This document shows, piece after piece, positions 61,584 through 64,000 of a DNA stretch of 64,000 bases. A program made the translations under genes and the position numbers. Position 1 is the stretch's first letter, and each line of letters begins with the position of its first letter. The notes beneath the pieces are model-generated. The model saw nothing but the letters and a program-made list of their open reading frames with translations, had not been told where the DNA came from and did not search any database. The stretch is taken from the IMG/VR virus record IMGVR_UViG_3300020122_000238, positions 186,001 to 250,000 of that record. The stretch is one strand, 5' to 3'.

Positions 61584-61862
61584 TTAAAAATCGTCGTCTT
61601 CCAAGAGGAAGGCCACATGTGGGGGAGGCAGAAGCCGTAACCGACTCACGAGCACGCCTGCATGTGTCGTCTCCCCATACTGAAGATCCAGGGGGCATAC
61701 AGTGACCCACCCCTTCTGGAAATGATACCCGGGAGTGGAGTTGTCGCGCACTCCCGAAATCAATCGAACTTTTCTCCCCTGCCAACTATAACCCAAGCGA
61801 CCTTCGACGATGTATATCTCGGGAGAAAAGTTGGCACGTGGTTGAGGACAGTCTTCGCTCAT
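61584..61862 (-). CDS. hypothetical protein with variant acidic tail
   Basis: ATGA coupling; ends HVAFLLEDDDF. Confidence 0.5.
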   Translation of the reverse strand: MSEDCPQPRANFSPEIYIVEGRLGYSWQGRKVRLISGVRDNSTPGYHFQKGWVTVCPLDLQYGETTHAGVLVSRLRLLPPPHVAFLLEDDDF

Positions 61863-62083
61863 TTGCGGTGGAAGACCTTGATCTCCCCCTCGGTCTCTTC
61901 GACGGAAGCCAGCATTTGCAGGGCTTCTTGGGCGGTTCGGACCTTCTCCCGAGTGCTGTAGGTGAAGGCCCAAGATCGTACGTCAACCCATCCGTCGGTA
62001 TCCCCCGCCCACCAATACCTCCGAGCCCAGCGATTGGCGGCAGAGGTATCAACACGCACATCTCGACGGATGATGTAGAGCAT
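61859..62083 (-). CDS. hypothetical protein
   Basis: 74 aa directly downstream of the DUF4419-like gene. Confidence 0.55.
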   Translation of the reverse strand: MLYIIRRDVRVDTSAANRWARRYWWAGDTDGWVDVRSWAFTYSTREKVRTAQEALQMLASVEETEGEIKVFHRK

Positions 62084-62086
62084 GGA

Positions 62087-63178
62087 CTACTTCGCAGCCG
62101 GCTCGTCGCGCACAGCCCAGCCGATGGCCGGACGCACGATGAGGCTCTCCTCGTTCTGTGATACGCCAACGAAGCCCCCGAGGAACTCCATCTCGAACTT
62201 CGCGTCGTAGTAGAGCCAGGTGAACGGGACCTTCGAGAGACCGAGCGAGAAATCGGAGGGGTTGGGCCCTCCGCACATGTCCCCGATGCCCCGGGACCAC
62301 TTGTCGAGCGCGCGGTTCTTCCCGCGCGTGAGGTACGGGAAGAGCACGTTGATCCAACCCGTCACGTACGGCCCGCCGCTACCCCCGCCCTCATGGTAGA
62401 AGCTCTCCCAGAACTTGGGGTCGGCCTTACCTTCGGCCGACTCGATGACCTTGTCCAACACGGGGAGCAGCGCGTCAATCCACCACCCAAGGTCGTACTC
62501 CGCGAGGACCGCTGCCCGCGCCTTGACCCGACGCCAGTCTTCCACGGTGCCGAGCAGGGTGATCTCCGGGATGCCGCATGCCGTCCGCATGCCGTATGTG
62601 AAGTAGGCGCTCATGGCGTCCATGAGGACAATCTCGGAGGCCGCCTTCTCGATCAGGCCGGTCGTCGAGAAGTCCGCAACGATGAGGTCACGGGTCTTGC
62701 CGATGTGCTGGGCGAGCTGGTCAGAGAACTCACCGAAGGCTCCCGGCCAATCATTATCGGCGGAGCCCTTCACGAAGAAGTCCCGCACGACCTCGATGTG
62801 CTCCTTCCCCTCGTGCTTGACGAAGCGGCTCCGGAGCTTCTCCGCATTCTCATTGACATGGGCCGCGAAGCCCTGCGCGATGCAGAGCCAGAAGTCGTCC
62901 GGGCTCAGGGCGAACGGGTAGTGGTGATCGAAGGCGATGTGGACAGCCGAGATGAAGGGGTTGATGCTGACGGTGTCCCCTTTTCTCTCCGACTTGCGGG
63001 TTCCGATGAGGGTCTCCGAGCTGGAGGCCGCTGCTTCGGGGGGAGCACCCCCAACGAGCCGGTGAATGGCTTCACCAACGGCAATACCGGCATCATAGGG
63101 CCGGTATTTGTTTTTGATCTGGGTGTACGGAGCTTCCGCGAGGGCGATCTTTTTGATCGTGGCTTTGAAGGTCTGCAT
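62087..63178 (-). CDS. DUF4419-like protein
   Basis: LSPDDFWL.IAQGF..HVNENAEKLR..FV.HEGK, FSTT, CGIP.ITL.GT.EDW, YVTGWI. Confidence 0.75.
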   Translation of the reverse strand: MQTFKATIKKIALAEAPYTQIKNKYRPYDAGIAVGEAIHRLVGGAPPEAAASSSETLIGTRKSERKGDTVSINPFISAVHIAFDHHYPFALSPDDFWLCIAQGFAAHVNENAEKLRSRFVKHEGKEHIEVVRDFFVKGSADNDWPGAFGEFSDQLAQHIGKTRDLIVADFSTTGLIEKAASEIVLMDAMSAYFTYGMRTACGIPEITLLGTVEDWRRVKARAAVLAEYDLGWWIDALLPVLDKVIESAEGKADPKFWESFYHEGGGSGGPYVTGWINVLFPYLTRGKNRALDKWSRGIGDMCGGPNPSDFSLGLSKVPFTWLYYDAKFEMEFLGGFVGVSQNEESLIVRPAIGWAVRDEPAAK

Positions 63179-63204
63179 GAGGACCTCTTACACCAAGACG
63201 ACCC

Positions 63205-63534
63205 TCAAGAGAGGAAGAAAAAGTCCACCCTTTTGCCCTCGAACTCCCAAACCTCGACGATCTTCTCATCCTGAGACCCCAAGCTCCGCCACCTCGCCTG
63301 GACGATGTCCTTGTCGTAGAGCTTCTTCAGCCCAGCGCCTCGAAGGATCTGTTCCACCCAGAGCTTGTCCTGATCAGCGGACGACGCCGGGTAGACGATC
63401 AGATCCATGTCTTTGGTGCTCGACCCCTTGATCAAAACACTCCCCGTCAAGCCGAGATAGTACCTCGGCTTGAGAAGCTCGGAAAGCGTGAGAATGAAGG
63501 TCAGGCCGGAATCTCGATCCCAGGTGATAGGCAT
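63205..63534 (-). CDS. minimal Pol-beta-like nucleotidyltransferase
   Basis: LTGSVLIKGSSTKDMDLIV (GS..G...DxD) and a third acidic in RVDFF; GGTGTA 10 nt upstream. Confidence 0.65.
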   Translation of the reverse strand: MPITWDRDSGLTFILTLSELLKPRYYLGLTGSVLIKGSSTKDMDLIVYPASSADQDKLWVEQILRGAGLKKLYDKDIVQARWRSLGSQDEKIVEVWEFEGKRVDFFFLS

Positions 63535-63557
63535 CCCCAGGGGCTACACCAACCAGG

Positions 63558-63989
63558 TCAGAGCGATTCCGTCTCAAGCCACCAAAAATGAGGCAAGTAC
63601 TCTGCGGGTACGAATGGAGATTGACGTCCAGCCACTCGCATAGGTTGGAAATTCACCAGAAGGCGAAGCAAGGTTTCGAACTCCCAAGGTTCTGGTGTTT
63701 TGGGGTCCTTGAGCCATTCTTCAATGAAACCGCGCTGCTCGTATCGAAATCTGGACAGAAAAACTCTTGTCTCAAGAAGTTTGTGCGCCGCGACCATCTG
63801 ATCATAGGCAAGAGCATCCAGTCGAGCCTGCATCTCTACAGAGATGCAGGCTTCCGGCACTCGAAGTCGGAAGCGTTCGGGAACAACAGTTTGAGGGTTC
63901 CAGTCTTCAAGACCCAAGGATGCTCGAAGTTCATTGATATAGGACAGCAGAGAAGAAGACAGACGAAACAATTCTCGTGTCCCCTCCAC
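63558..63989 (-). CDS. hypothetical protein
   Basis: 143 aa, AT-richer. Confidence 0.55.
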   Translation of the reverse strand: MEGTRELFRLSSSLLSYINELRASLGLEDWNPQTVVPERFRLRVPEACISVEMQARLDALAYDQMVAAHKLLETRVFLSRFRYEQRGFIEEWLKDPKTPEPWEFETLLRLLVNFQPMRVAGRQSPFVPAEYLPHFWWLETESL

Positions 63990-64000
63990 ATAGATCCAGT

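Noticed and set aside
20200-61620. The tag as a DNA-level repeat (mobile element or terminator) rather than a peptide
   Set aside because: Synonymous codons differ among copies and there are two Trp registers. DNA identity is limited to the 57877 hairpin and one 18-nt match.
1-64000. Stop-codon reassignment (alternative genetic code)
   Set aside because: Recognisable genes are full length under code 11 and end in TAA, TAG and TGA. The breaks seen are frameshifts, not in-frame stops.
1-64000. Retron, DGR, or integrase/transposon
   Set aside because: No reverse transcriptase, recombinase or transposase motifs, and no TR/VR repeat pair were seen.

Overview
A gene-dense, GC-rich 64 kb segment that reads like the accessory and host-takeover region of a large (jumbo-type) bacteriophage. 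It has about 115 mostly small, mostly uncharacterised ORFs in short runs on both strands and five HNH/EndoVII-type endonuclease genes. I saw no capsid, terminase, integrase, rRNA, tRNA or CRISPR. The phage assignment, and a Myxococcota-like host suggested by two Gly/Ser/Cys-rich lipoproteins, are inferences. Recognisable functions: NAD salvage (NrtR, NadV/NAMPT and a distant CinA-like/NMNAT fusion); a vWA + broken Nudix + divergent PurA-like ligase + pseudokinase module; two more vWA proteins; a GT51 peptidoglycan transglycosylase; a probable endolysin; a dNMP kinase-HNH fusion that displaced a resident kinase; a 2H phosphoesterase; and a stand-alone SerRS tRNA-binding arm. Two window-wide patterns stand out. 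(1) A shared short peptide tag, [TN]-(W-x or [AV]-W)-x-x-[LIMV]-[LM]-x-acidic, ends at least 15 mostly unrelated proteins. A second acidic-YW-polyPro tag starts about 6 others. (2) Two strict promoter-like DNA motifs, RGTTGATC-N16-TGTA (20 copies) and GGTGTA (more than 30 copies), sit about 8-12 nt upstream of start codons and often overlap the previous gene's stop codon. All family calls come from motifs recognised by eye, not from database searches. Several start sites were adjusted from the ORF track using the promoter motifs.
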